Of a stretch of 64,000 nucleotides of DNA, positions 9,939-20,600 are shown one piece after another. The notes beneath the pieces were generated by a model. The model worked only from the letters and a program-made list of their open reading frames with translations. It was not told where the DNA came from and did not search any database. Position numbers and translations under genes: made by a program. Origin of the DNA: a virus; the IMG/VR virus record IMGVR_UViG_3300028584_001239; one strand, written 5' to 3'. The first letter of the stretch is position 1; each line of letters begins with the position of its first letter.

Positions 9939-11393
9939 ATGTTAAGCAATGTGTTGGCAGGGATTGTATGTTTAGTCGTGATTGGTTTAGTGATACTGTA
10001 TATGGTTGACAAATTCCAAACAAAGCATACGTTAAGAAGAAACTTCCCTATTTTAGCCCGTGGACGTTGGTTGTTTGAACACTGGGGCCATTTCATAAGA
10101 CCGTATATCATTACCCAAGATCATGAAGAACTTCCTTTCAACAGAAGTCAAAGAGAGTATGTGTACAAAGCTTCAAAAAACAATGCTTTAAACTATTCAT
10201 TTGGTTCTACAAAACCAAGTAAAGAAGGTGACCACGTTTTCGTACACTCCATGTTCCCTTACATGAAAGATGTCCACATAAACAAACCCTTGCTCTTTGG
10301 TGAACACATGGGGAATCCATACATTTCAAAATCCAGATTCAACATTTCTGGTATGAGTTATGGAGCTATATCAAAAGAAGCGGTATTGGCCTTAAGCAGT
10401 GGTATCAAAATGGCGGGTGGTTGGATGAACACAGGTGAAGGTGCATTATCACCACACCACATCGAAGGTGGTGCAGATATCGTGTTTCAAATCGGTACCG
10501 CAAAGTATGGTGTAGGTAATCCAGACAAAACATTGAACATTCAGAAATTGAAAGATTTAAGTGTGATTGATAATGTAAAAATGATTGAGATAAAACTCAG
10601 CCAAGGTGCTAAGCCGGGTAAAGGTGGTATTCTTCCTGCAGAAAAAGTAACGGCTGAAATTGCTGAAATTCGTGGTATTGAAAAAGGCAAAGCATCCATC
10701 AGCCCGAATGCCCATGTTGATGGCACCAACCTCAGTGATCTAGTGGACTTGATTTATACGGTTCAAAAAGAATCCAATCTACCAACAGGTATCAAATTAG
10801 TGGTAGGCGATCCAGAAGATATCAGCTTGTTGTTAAACAAGATTAAAGAGAAAATGGAAAAGGATGTTGTGACAGGTCATTTCTATTGCCCAAGCTTTAT
10901 TACCATCGACAGCAGCTTAGGTGGAACAGGTGCAGCTCCAATGGCTCATTTGATGGCAATGGGGCTTGAATTGAAAGATTCTATGCCTATCGTGATAAAC
11001 GCCTTAGAACGTTACAAATTGAGAGATAAAATTAAGGTGATTGTGAGTGGTAAGATGATTACGCCTATTGAAGCGGCTTGGGCTTACGCAATGGGTGCAG
11101 ACTCGGTGAGTACTGCTCGTGGATTCTTGTTCTCTCTTGGTTGTATTCAAGCAATGAAATGCAGTAAAGGCACATGCCCTACTGGTATTACAACGCATGA
11201 TAGACGTTATACCAAAGGACTTGACCCAGAAATAAAGGCTGTTCGTGTTTACAACTACCACAAGAACATGATGAAAGACCTTATTGGTATTGCTCACTCA
11301 TGTGGTGTTGAATCCTTTGAAGATTTGAAACCCAATAACTTACGAGTGTACAACGCCGATGGCTACACAATCCCAGTGAAGATAATTCAATAA
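9939..11393 (+). CDS. FMN-binding glutamate synthase family protein with N-terminal TM anchor
   Basis: SGMSYGAIS, NTGEG, FQIGTAKYG, EIKLSQGAKPGKGG, GGTGAAP, 3Fe-4S cluster motif CIQAMKCSKGTCPTG; SD AAGGAG. Confidence 0.92.
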   Translation: MLSNVLAGIVCLVVIGLVILYMVDKFQTKHTLRRNFPILARGRWLFEHWGHFIRPYIITQDHEELPFNRSQREYVYKASKNNALNYSFGSTKPSKEGDHVFVHSMFPYMKDVHINKPLLFGEHMGNPYISKSRFNISGMSYGAISKEAVLALSSGIKMAGGWMNTGEGALSPHHIEGGADIVFQIGTAKYGVGNPDKTLNIQKLKDLSVIDNVKMIEIKLSQGAKPGKGGILPAEKVTAEIAEIRGIEKGKASISPNAHVDGTNLSDLVDLIYTVQKESNLPTGIKLVVGDPEDISLLLNKIKEKMEKDVVTGHFYCPSFITIDSSLGGTGAAPMAHLMAMGLELKDSMPIVINALERYKLRDKIKVIVSGKMITPIEAAWAYAMGADSVSTARGFLFSLGCIQAMKCSKGTCPTGITTHDRRYTKGLDPEIKAVRVYNYHKNMMKDLIGIAHSCGVESFEDLKPNNLRVYNADGYTIPVKIIQ

Positions 11394-11403
11394 CTGAGAA
11401 CAC

Positions 11404-11435
11404 AAAAGAAAGCCTACTTCTGATAGGCTTTTTTT
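11404..11435. terminator. Bidirectional intrinsic terminator
   Basis: AAAGCCTA-cttctga-TAGGCTTT with A/T tracts between convergent genes. Confidence 0.8.
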
Positions 11436-11454
11436 GTGTTTAAATGTTTTGGAA

Positions 11455-13377
11455 TTAAATAAAAACTTTAATGGAATTTACAATTTTTCTAATTTTTTCA
11501 ACAAAGCCCTCATCATGATTAGATCCCATTTTATATTGTTTTACCTTTTTAACAATGTAGTCAATTTGCTCATCTTTTTCAATTTTCAAATCATTTTTTA
11601 GATGACTAATAGTTAGCTTTGAGTTTTCAGTTAATGTACACCCAATAAGAGAATGATTATCTCTTGAAATTTTATTGAAATCATACAGGAAGTATTGTTC
11701 ATTATTGTTTTGTGTATACTGTGTAAAATAGTATTCATCCCGAGAAATACACCAAGAACTACTGCCTAATAATTTAGATTCCTCAAAGTTTTTAATTCTG
11801 ATTAACATTTTGTTGTCAGATTCTGAAATTATTTCAGCATTTATTTTACTAGCTTTTTCTTTAATGAGTTCAAAAGAAAAGTTGTCTAACAGATTTAATA
11901 CGTTTTCAAGAGCATGACAAAGATCGTCTGCAGTTTTAAATGACGCCATCTTTTTACCAATAGTGTCTTGAATATAACTACATGGGACTTCCAATCGGAA
12001 CAATTCAGTAAAAATAGGCAACAATTGCTCAGAATACAAATGTTTATATTTGTTACTGAAAATAGCTTTTGAATATTTATCAATATTATGATTTTTAATA
12101 AGACTATACATACGATCAGAAGTCCACTCAAGAAGTTGTTCTTGATTGTTAGATTCATTGAAAACATCAATAATATTGAAATTTTTTAATTTTAAAATTG
12201 GTTCATATTTAGCGTAATATCTTACAATATTACTAAAATTGTAAAGAAACATATCATCTCCTGAAGATTTATCAGAGATAATTTTTTGAGACAGTCTTTG
12301 ATAAGCATTCAATAAATGTTTGGAAACTGTTGGTGTTTTTCGAGTTGTAAACTTCAAATAATCACTAAAAGCATTGTTAGCTAGGGTTGGAACCATATTA
12401 AAATCATAGAGCAATTCAAATTTACTGTTAGAAGATTTTTGAACTAAAATAGAATAATCGACAAAAAATGTCACTGAATAATATGGTCCTTTTAATGGGA
12501 AGTTTTGTGCAATAACAGTACAATAATAATTTGTTAAATCAATAGAAAAGGGACTTTTCATAAATTTAACTGCCATTGTATTATCAAGATCACATGAGTC
12601 AAAAATCTCTGGATGTTTGTTCACAAATGATAACAAGATGGAATGTATAATGGAGATATCATCATTTAATGATTTAGTATCAAAAAAATCAACATTATTT
12701 CTAGGCTGAGCAAATGTCATCAATTTATTAATAAAATTTTTAAATTTGTCAACATCAGCATTGGTAATTTTGTTTTTCGAAAAAAATAAATGACTGAGAC
12801 TAAAATTTTCCGATTCTTCTAAAACAGCTAAAACATCTTTATATTCAGATGAAGTATAATATTTACTAGCAATCGACCATAATTCTTTTAATTCCATACT
12901 CATATCAAAATTAACTGATGGAGAAATAACATTTTCCCAATAATTAACAATTTTATTAAAAGATAACTGAGATTTTATCTTAATAATCTTAAGAAGATTC
13001 CTGTATTCACGATCAACATCATTAAAATAATCAGTATATGCTTCTTCATCACTTCTAGATGTAAAAATATTAAATCTAGAATATTTTTGAATATGTGAAA
13101 ATGAATCATCTACTAAAAATTCTTGAAGTTTTTTAAATTTTGATGAGTCTAAAAAATAATCGCTATCATGTTCAAATATCCATGACACTTGATGTTTAAC
13201 ATTATCAAACACATCCTTCAAATCTGCCCCCATAGAAAAATAAATGTCAGCAATATTGATGGGTAAAGATTCTACCCGCCAACCAGAAGACGCCATAGAC
13301 AAATGATGAATAAATTTTTTAGGATTTGTCATATTTTCCAATGTGCTTAACCCTTGATAGTAAGGACTTATATGCAT
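11455..13377 (-). CDS. Large protein with conserved C-terminal GSSSWC domain (PcfJ-like)
   Basis: SNKYKHLY, IGKK.A.FKT, SKLLGSSSWCI, QYF.YDF shared with 13522 and 33079 genes; PcfJ assignment tentative. Confidence 0.75.
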   Translation of the reverse strand: MHISPYYQGLSTLENMTNPKKFIHHLSMASSGWRVESLPINIADIYFSMGADLKDVFDNVKHQVSWIFEHDSDYFLDSSKFKKLQEFLVDDSFSHIQKYSRFNIFTSRSDEEAYTDYFNDVDREYRNLLKIIKIKSQLSFNKIVNYWENVISPSVNFDMSMELKELWSIASKYYTSSEYKDVLAVLEESENFSLSHLFFSKNKITNADVDKFKNFINKLMTFAQPRNNVDFFDTKSLNDDISIIHSILLSFVNKHPEIFDSCDLDNTMAVKFMKSPFSIDLTNYYCTVIAQNFPLKGPYYSVTFFVDYSILVQKSSNSKFELLYDFNMVPTLANNAFSDYLKFTTRKTPTVSKHLLNAYQRLSQKIISDKSSGDDMFLYNFSNIVRYYAKYEPILKLKNFNIIDVFNESNNQEQLLEWTSDRMYSLIKNHNIDKYSKAIFSNKYKHLYSEQLLPIFTELFRLEVPCSYIQDTIGKKMASFKTADDLCHALENVLNLLDNFSFELIKEKASKINAEIISESDNKMLIRIKNFEESKLLGSSSWCISRDEYYFTQYTQNNNEQYFLYDFNKISRDNHSLIGCTLTENSKLTISHLKNDLKIEKDEQIDYIVKKVKQYKMGSNHDEGFVEKIRKIVNSIKVFI

Positions 13378-13521
13378 GAAAGAAACCTCGTTAAAAGATG
13401 TCTAATTATACCACAAAAAGCAGCATATTTTCAAGAATTAATTGGTATTAAATCAATCAATGATGATTTCGTTTGTAAAAAAATATGATATAATAGAAAA
13501 TATCAAACAAATGATTATATT

Positions 13522-15390
13522 ATGTCAATAGAAAAAAAATTTGCTCCACTGGTTAACCAATTTTCTGGTTCCATTAAAATACGTCAAATTGTAGGACACC
13601 CTACACCAGAACCCACAGTATGCTATGGGTATCAAGATTTATTTAGAAATAAAAAATCTCACGACATGTACATTGAAAAACTATATAGCATGATGAGAAC
13701 AAGAACAGTCGATGGCAGATTTAATTTATTCGATAATAATACAGTATCAGCCCATTGGGTAAAATTACACCTAGAAGAAAGTGAAAGAAGTGTTAACCTA
13801 TTTCCAGAAAAGATAACAAAACACATCGAAAAAATAAAATTATTTGCTGAAGAACATAATATAGACATCTCAGAAAATTTAACCAATATAGCCCGTATAC
13901 TAGAAGAATATAAAAACGACACAAAAATAACAAGCATCAAAAACCATCTTCAAAAGAAAAAAGATGTTGTAAATAAATGGGATTTAGCAATTCAAGAATG
14001 TGTTCATGCAATGAAAAAGACTGTAAAAGAAGTCGATCCTAATATAAGGAACTATGACTTCATTGAGTATGATAATAACATAGATACCAATGAAGATTTA
14101 GCTGTAATGAAAAAATTTATTGATGAAGAGTCTGGAATATTTGAAAACAATAGGACTTTAAAAGAACCAAATTTATTTAATTATTCAATTATAGAAGATT
14201 ATGTGGATAGGCTTAACAAAGAAAATATAGAAGCTTTTATAAAATTGAGAGACGCGGGTATTCCACTTAAATTAGCCGATACATTCATGGTGGAAAATCA
14301 ATCAAAACCAGTAGCAAAAGATATTACAAGTTTCTTAAATGAAAAAATTACTGAGAAGACGTTAGAAGAACAAGGTATAAAAAGTATCATGGAATTTAAC
14401 AACAGTAAAATCAAAGAAATTATTTTATTTTCTGATAGAAGCATTGTCATGAAAAAAAGTGACAATACCTATGCTGATGTGTTTACATCCAAACAACTGC
14501 ATACATTAAAAGACACTATTGTAGCAGAACATATTAGAAATATATTTAAGAAAAACCCAACAGTTGCCAAAAATTTTATTGATATTTTTAAAAGAGAAAA
14601 CTCTCTAATTAATTTAGGTAAGATTCTTGTTGCTATTAACACATATTCTACAAATTTAGATTTTTTTAACAGTAAGCATTTTGACATTAAGGCTGAATAT
14701 GAAAAATCAGAACTTATTAAGCCAGATAAATACAGAGCGGTTGAAGACTTAGATGACAAAATGAACAAAAAGATAAAAGACCACAAAATTCAACTATTTG
14801 CTCACAGTATAGCCAGTAATAAATACATGAACCTTTATAATGATGAATCCTATAAAATAATTGAAAATATTTACGATTTAAAATTAAAAACAGATGTGTT
14901 TCAAAATTATATAGGCAAGAAAATAGCAGCATACAAAACGCCAGAAGAATTCAACCAAGGGTTAAAAAAGTTTTTAGATTCATTTAATGATTTCACAATG
15001 GATGCTGTTTTAAACAAAGCTGAAAATGCTGGTGTGAAAATTATGAGCCAAGCAGATGATATTTTAATTGTTCAAATAGAAGACTATGAACAAAGCAAAC
15101 TTTTAGGCAGTAGTTCTTGGTGTATCGTAAGAGATGAATCGTATTTCAATAGTTATCTGGATGGTGGTAATAAACAATACTTCCTTTTTGACTTTTCAAA
15201 AGAATCCGCTAACAATGAATCAATGATAGGTTTTACGATGGATCTTGATGGTGAGCATTATGCTGCCCATTACAAAAATGATGACGAAGTTGAATTGTCA
15301 GATGAAACACTTGAATATGCTCATGAAATTGTCAATGAAGTCAATTATAAGGATGTAGTTAACAGAACAGCAAGAATGAGTATTCCTTAA
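13522..15390 (+). CDS. Large protein with conserved C-terminal GSSSWC domain (PcfJ-like)
   Basis: SNKYMNLY, IGKKIAAYKT, SKLLGSSSWCIVRDE, QYFLFDF. Confidence 0.75.
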   Translation: MSIEKKFAPLVNQFSGSIKIRQIVGHPTPEPTVCYGYQDLFRNKKSHDMYIEKLYSMMRTRTVDGRFNLFDNNTVSAHWVKLHLEESERSVNLFPEKITKHIEKIKLFAEEHNIDISENLTNIARILEEYKNDTKITSIKNHLQKKKDVVNKWDLAIQECVHAMKKTVKEVDPNIRNYDFIEYDNNIDTNEDLAVMKKFIDEESGIFENNRTLKEPNLFNYSIIEDYVDRLNKENIEAFIKLRDAGIPLKLADTFMVENQSKPVAKDITSFLNEKITEKTLEEQGIKSIMEFNNSKIKEIILFSDRSIVMKKSDNTYADVFTSKQLHTLKDTIVAEHIRNIFKKNPTVAKNFIDIFKRENSLINLGKILVAINTYSTNLDFFNSKHFDIKAEYEKSELIKPDKYRAVEDLDDKMNKKIKDHKIQLFAHSIASNKYMNLYNDESYKIIENIYDLKLKTDVFQNYIGKKIAAYKTPEEFNQGLKKFLDSFNDFTMDAVLNKAENAGVKIMSQADDILIVQIEDYEQSKLLGSSSWCIVRDESYFNSYLDGGNKQYFLFDFSKESANNESMIGFTMDLDGEHYAAHYKNDDEVELSDETLEYAHEIVNEVNYKDVVNRTARMSIP

Positions 15391-15420
15391 TACTCATAGT
15401 TATAATAACGATTAATACGC

Positions 15421-15771
15421 TTAATCTCGTTTAATAGGGGAAATATAAAAAACAAGTGTTTTCCCTTCGGAAACTGGGTATAAAAGCGTATCTTCTGAAT
15501 ATTTATGAATGAGTCTATTTAAACCTTCCTTCCATTGCTTCAATGTCATTTCAACATCATCAGGAATACTATTTTGTTCAAGATCCATAGAAAAATTAGC
15601 ATGGGTAGAGAGTTTAAATAAGACAGGTTCTTCTGAAACAACATATAACACCATGTCTTCACCATAGGTTTTAGTTAAATACATGATTTGTTCTAACCAT
15701 ACACTCAATGGTTGAGATTCTGGAAACACAGTGTCTTGTGGAACATTTAAGCGTAATGATGGCATTCTCAT
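15421..15771 (-). CDS. Hypothetical protein with internal duplication
   Basis: Start reassigned to ATG 15771 after GAGGA; LSVWLEQIMYLTKTYGEDMVLYVVSE / LKQWKEGLNRLIHKYSEDTLLYPVSE. Confidence 0.7.
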   Translation of the reverse strand: MRMPSLRLNVPQDTVFPESQPLSVWLEQIMYLTKTYGEDMVLYVVSEEPVLFKLSTHANFSMDLEQNSIPDDVEMTLKQWKEGLNRLIHKYSEDTLLYPVSEGKTLVFYISPIKRD

Positions 15772-15846
15772 GATAATATCCTCTTTTATAAGAAAATAAC
15801 ACAAAAACAAAAAAAGTAAAGTCAACAAAAAAGCCGCCAAAGCGAC

Positions 15847-16626
15847 TTATGGTTTTAATGTTCTAGTTTTCTTTTGTTCTTCTTTTTGCTTGGCTTTGTC
15901 ATGTGGAGACACAAATATACCTTTATACAAAGGATCTTCCATAACACGCTTGAAAGCGGGATGGTCAGCACCAAATATTTCTAGAGAGCTTTGTGAGATA
16001 TAAATACCTTTCAAACAACTCTTTAAATCAAGATTCTTACCATAACAAGTATCCCAACGCTTATACCAACTAGGAACATCATACAATTCGTCTATTTCAG
16101 CTTTTAATTTTGATTTCTCATCATCATTAGTTAACGTATAGAGTTTATCTTCTAATTCACCAATAAGCACATCTCGATCAAGGTCAGCTTGCTTCATCTC
16201 TGGAATACTTTCTTTACCATAGTGAGCAATAACAAATTCTTCGTGTTCTTTACGATTATCAGTTTTGTGTTTAAATAGGAAATTCCAAGCGAATGGTTTA
16301 ACTTCAAATTGTTCTTTAATCTTATCAAGGTCTAATTCAACAACAACAGAATTCCATCCCATTGCATATTCTTTCTTTCTGGTCATACTCCAACCATACA
16401 TCCATTTACTGTTTTCATATTCTGGATGATCATCTTTATAACGATGACCGTTCTCCCAGTAACGTTGTGCTGTAAAAGGTTGTAAAGACATATTGTCTAG
16501 AATATCAACAATATATTTTTCATCAATGGCGTGCCAAACAGTTTGAGATGAGTAATCTTCAATAGATTGCTTAACAAAATCAAGATCTGTCAAAATTTTA
16601 TGTTCTAAAAATGATTTAATATCCAT
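15847..16626 (-). CDS. Putative ADP-ribosyltransferase-fold protein
   Basis: ART-like order of motifs: VWHAI..IL (H strand), WSMTR (S-x-T), VVELD, EHEEFV (E-x-E). Confidence 0.5.
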   Translation of the reverse strand: MDIKSFLEHKILTDLDFVKQSIEDYSSQTVWHAIDEKYIVDILDNMSLQPFTAQRYWENGHRYKDDHPEYENSKWMYGWSMTRKKEYAMGWNSVVVELDLDKIKEQFEVKPFAWNFLFKHKTDNRKEHEEFVIAHYGKESIPEMKQADLDRDVLIGELEDKLYTLTNDDEKSKLKAEIDELYDVPSWYKRWDTCYGKNLDLKSCLKGIYISQSSLEIFGADHPAFKRVMEDPLYKGIFVSPHDKAKQKEEQKKTRTLKP

Positions 16627-16696
16627 GTTTACTCTAATGTTATATTAAAATAATAGCATATTTTATCATTTTTGAAAGTGAAAGACCTCTGATTTC

Positions 16697-17359
16697 TCAA
16701 AGGTCTTCTTTAATTTCTATAATCCCATGTTTGACTTTAATAGTTTTTATTTCTTTTTTAAGTGCAGCAACCTTAAAAATGGCATCAACACATGTCATAT
16801 ATTTAAAACAATGTTGCTCCCGAATAAGATAAGCAACTTTTTTACCATCAAGAAGTCTGGCGATTTCTTTCTTTAAATTCGATTTAATATCTTTCATGTT
16901 GACAGCTTTTTGAAAGTGACCACCAACAGCAAAGACCACATCAGCATAATAGTCGCCATTAAACAGTGTATCCATATCTGACATTAAGAGTTCTTTTCTA
17001 ATTCCATCAAGCACACCATGAAGCTTTGAACCTCGATAGTAACTAAGATTTTTCAAAAAAGTTTCTGCAGCCAAGTCTACTTGTTCATCAATAGAAAGTG
17101 ATTCAAACTTTTCTCGACAAAATACAAAGTAAGCTTCAACAATAGGTTGAATAACAGGATCGGCTAAACGGGCAGTAATATAAGTAAAGTCATTGCCAGT
17201 ATGTGTCATGAAAGACATGAAAACGTCACTATTTTTAAATTCGTCATCAAATTTTGAAAAGAATGCCGGATCAATACTGATTTTTTCTAAACCAAACATG
17301 GAATAGGTACGCTCTTTAACTTTATCAAACATTTCGTTAATATTCATTTTAGACTCCAA
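16697..17359 (-). CDS. Hypothetical protein
   Basis: 220-aa ORF in operon context. Confidence 0.75.
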   Translation of the reverse strand: MESKMNINEMFDKVKERTYSMFGLEKISIDPAFFSKFDDEFKNSDVFMSFMTHTGNDFTYITARLADPVIQPIVEAYFVFCREKFESLSIDEQVDLAAETFLKNLSYYRGSKLHGVLDGIRKELLMSDMDTLFNGDYYADVVFAVGGHFQKAVNMKDIKSNLKKEIARLLDGKKVAYLIREQHCFKYMTCVDAIFKVAALKKEIKTIKVKHGIIEIKEDL

Positions 17360-17369
17360 ATTTTTGTGA

Positions 17370-18158
17370 TTATATCATGGTCATGGCTAACAAATCAAGC
17401 TTATCTTGTGTCATCGAAATTCGACAATCAAGATAATCTCTAAAATAGCTACCTTTTACTGTGCCTTCAATTTCAAACAAAATATCGGGATTATAGGCTA
17501 TCCCATTCATGTAAAACGTGCTGTTTTTCAAACTAATGAGTTCAATCGCTGAATTGAAGTGAGTAGCGGTCGCAATAACTTTGTTATTGTATTCTCTGAA
17601 AACAAAATAATACTTAGAACTGTAGTTATCAAATTCCTCAATCTCTGTCACTGCATAATGAGTATCAAAGAATGTATAGTAACTGTCTAGAACAACATTG
17701 CTTCTATTTGCTGATACACCGCCTTCTTTACGATAAAATGTCATTGAAGGTAGATCATATTCAAGTTTTTTAAAAAGATTGTCATTTTTATCCAGAAGCA
17801 CTTTAGCAAGAATGTAGTAAGGATGATTATTGGTTGACAATACGTCTGGGAATTCAACTCTTGATGGAGCAATAGAAAGAACCACCATGATTTTACAATA
17901 ATCTAACTCTTTAACAAAGACATTTGGAGATACTTGTAAATTTAAGAAAAGTTCATCCAATTTGAAAAGACGAATGATTTCATCACTTACCGACTTGACG
18001 GGATTAAACCCTTGATCGAGCAGTAAAGACAAATTAGGAAATGTCTGTTTGCAATTCGTAATATCATATGTAAACAAATTGGGATATTGAACATCAACCC
18101 CACCAGAATCAGAAGGGTCTATATCAGTGTGAATAGTAATGTCGTCTATATTCATCAT
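17370..18158 (-). CDS. Hypothetical protein with C-terminal MxxI motif; paralog of 18183..18971
   Basis: Shared YPNL.T..I..C, AK[VI]LLD.N..L; ends KLDLLAMTMI. Confidence 0.85.
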   Translation of the reverse strand: MMNIDDITIHTDIDPSDSGGVDVQYPNLFTYDITNCKQTFPNLSLLLDQGFNPVKSVSDEIIRLFKLDELFLNLQVSPNVFVKELDYCKIMVVLSIAPSRVEFPDVLSTNNHPYYILAKVLLDKNDNLFKKLEYDLPSMTFYRKEGGVSANRSNVVLDSYYTFFDTHYAVTEIEEFDNYSSKYYFVFREYNNKVIATATHFNSAIELISLKNSTFYMNGIAYNPDILFEIEGTVKGSYFRDYLDCRISMTQDKLDLLAMTMI

Positions 18159-18182
18159 AAATTACCTTTACAAAGTCGTCTA

Positions 18183-18971
18183 TTATATCAAATACATCTC
18201 AAGTAAGTCAATGTGCTCTTTATCTATTGTTGCCATGTGTTTAATGAGTTCTGCTAGATTCTGATTTTTGAAATCGTCATCATAGTTCAAAAGAACATCC
18301 GATGAATAGTCTTTATTGTTGATTCTAAATCTAAAACGATTAATAGGAATGAAATCTAATGAATAATGATTGTAATAAGATCTACCGATAAGGCTATGAT
18401 CGTATTTTTTACACAAAACTGAATAATTTGATTTCGAATCAAAACTATCTAACGAGATCTGTGTATAGTAGTTTTCATGAAACTTAAATAATTTGAATAG
18501 TTGACCACCTTCTTCAAGGCAAATAATGGCAGGTTTGTCATCATGCTTAACCAGTTGATTGTTTGCATCAAGTAGAATTTTCGCCACGATGCAATATTTA
18601 GTCGTAACCTGTGCAATGGTACACGTCTCTATGGGTTTAACAACAACCACTATTTTATAGAAACCAAAATTTTTAATAAACAAAAATGGTTTATAGTCAT
18701 ATTGAAAATACATATTCAAAAAGTAACAAATATCACTGCTTAAAAAATTTCTGTCTCTAACATGAGAGAAGTAATCTCGGGTCAGATGTAAGAAGTTATC
18801 AAAATACGTGTGACATCCTTTAATCTCATGTGTGATCAAATTAGGATATTCACCTTTAACAGAAGGTTGTATACATTTAATAGGCTCGCTGAGAATTTCT
18901 GGATTTAATGTTCCATTAGTATTGCTTAAAATATCATTGATTATAGCGGCTGTTTTTTCTGAAATATTCAT
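18183..18971 (-). CDS. Hypothetical protein with C-terminal MxxI motif
   Basis: 262 aa; SD GAGG; ends HIDLLEMYLI. Confidence 0.85.
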   Translation of the reverse strand: MNISEKTAAIINDILSNTNGTLNPEILSEPIKCIQPSVKGEYPNLITHEIKGCHTYFDNFLHLTRDYFSHVRDRNFLSSDICYFLNMYFQYDYKPFLFIKNFGFYKIVVVVKPIETCTIAQVTTKYCIVAKILLDANNQLVKHDDKPAIICLEEGGQLFKLFKFHENYYTQISLDSFDSKSNYSVLCKKYDHSLIGRSYYNHYSLDFIPINRFRFRINNKDYSSDVLLNYDDDFKNQNLAELIKHMATIDKEHIDLLEMYLI

Positions 18972-19012
18972 AATAACCTCTTAAAGTAAAACAAAGCCGT
19001 TTCCGGCCTTAT

Positions 19013-20536
19013 TTAAATGGTAACAAGCTCATCTAAGCGACACTTCGCTTCTAAATACTCAGAAGAAGTTTTGTCAGCATGATTATCAACCCATTCTTTA
19101 TAGTAACCCACAAACTCACGAGCCACTTCAAGCCATTCTGGTGTAATGTTTTCGGGTAGGTTAAAAATAAGACAGGACTTGCCAAACAAGAAACACTCTC
19201 TGTTAATTTTTACCACCTTATTTTCATGTTCGTTTTCGTCAAGATTAACAATGTAGTTAGATCCATCAACAAAACCTTCTCCGTCCCAATGATAATCACC
19301 ACTCATCACAGTGAACAACCTAACCAAAGCAGATACACGATCTGTGGTAAATGATTCTGATGTCAGTTTGCGAATGACATAGGTTGGAGACTTGTAATCA
19401 ATGGCACTCTGATTAATAATGGCGGGTTCAATCTCATATTCATCACCCAATACTTCGGTAGCCCAATCAATTTCATCAAACGCTCGTTGAGCTTTATGCC
19501 CTTGCAACGGATAGAACCCTTCATCAGAACTATAAATCAAATGAGCATTATACTCGTCAAATGATTCAATCAGTGTGCTGGGCAGCTTACGATATGCAGA
19601 ATCTTCAAGTTCACAAGGGTATTCATAGCGTTCACCAAACATAGAGAACAACATAGGTGACAGATAGGTTGCCCCATCAAATACACCGTCTTCGACTTTA
19701 TCAAATACATCACTTTCATCACGCTCACGCAGTAAAATAGTATTCCAAATTTTCAAAACACCTGTATCTGTATTTTTAGCAAATAAAAACATATTGTTCT
19801 GAGTTTGTAAAACTACGCCACGAACCGTCTCATCTTCACTCTCAATGTAATGAAGGAAATTATCCATGTCATTAAAATCAAATTCGTTTTCAGCATCATG
19901 TCCATTATCTTTTAAGGCAGTAAACAATGTTTCAAAGTGTGGAATCAGAAGCTGAGTGTAGTGCTCACGATGAACCGGCTCATTACCAAGGCAATAAGCA
20001 TCATTCAAAATATTTGCTTCGGTGGCAGTAATGAAACCTAACGCTTTCCCAATAGTATTGACCAACAAATCAGTCAAGTCACGGTGGCTGGTTGTAAAGG
20101 AATCATCCCAAGCATTGATGACGGTGCGATAAGTGTCCGCACCAATCATGCCATTAATATTAAAAGTAACAGGGTCTTCTTTACCCATTTTATTAAGAAC
20201 TGCCAAAACATTATTATAATCAACATCATTGAAATCGTCAGAAACAGCACAAGAAAAAGCTGCTCGACCTGTTGCATCCAGTTTTTCTTCAATAAGGCTT
20301 GGTTTAAGTTCTACTTTGACCTGAAACATTCTAATTTCAATCTTTACATGACCATAAATAGAATCAAAAGATAGATCCTTGGAGAAACTACGATCTTTAT
20401 AATCAAAATTTGTAAGCCCAGCACGTTGAGCGATACCAGTGCCTTCATCAAAATCGGGTTTTGACATACCCACAATGATTTTTTCAAAGATTTTTACAAC
20501 TGTATCTGCTTCCAAACCGGCATTGAAAGATTTCAT
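19013..20536 (-). CDS. Large acidic hypothetical protein; paralog of 35870..37498
   Basis: Start at ATG 20536 after GAGG; PDFDEGTG, NGHD.ENE...NDMDNFL.Y, LK[IV]WNT shared. Confidence 0.85.
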   Translation of the reverse strand: MKSFNAGLEADTVVKIFEKIIVGMSKPDFDEGTGIAQRAGLTNFDYKDRSFSKDLSFDSIYGHVKIEIRMFQVKVELKPSLIEEKLDATGRAAFSCAVSDDFNDVDYNNVLAVLNKMGKEDPVTFNINGMIGADTYRTVINAWDDSFTTSHRDLTDLLVNTIGKALGFITATEANILNDAYCLGNEPVHREHYTQLLIPHFETLFTALKDNGHDAENEFDFNDMDNFLHYIESEDETVRGVVLQTQNNMFLFAKNTDTGVLKIWNTILLRERDESDVFDKVEDGVFDGATYLSPMLFSMFGERYEYPCELEDSAYRKLPSTLIESFDEYNAHLIYSSDEGFYPLQGHKAQRAFDEIDWATEVLGDEYEIEPAIINQSAIDYKSPTYVIRKLTSESFTTDRVSALVRLFTVMSGDYHWDGEGFVDGSNYIVNLDENEHENKVVKINRECFLFGKSCLIFNLPENITPEWLEVAREFVGYYKEWVDNHADKTSSEYLEAKCRLDELVTI

Positions 20537-20600
20537 GAAGACTGTCCTCAAAAGACTAAATTAGGTGAGCATTATACCATTATAATGCTCGTGTTTCAAT

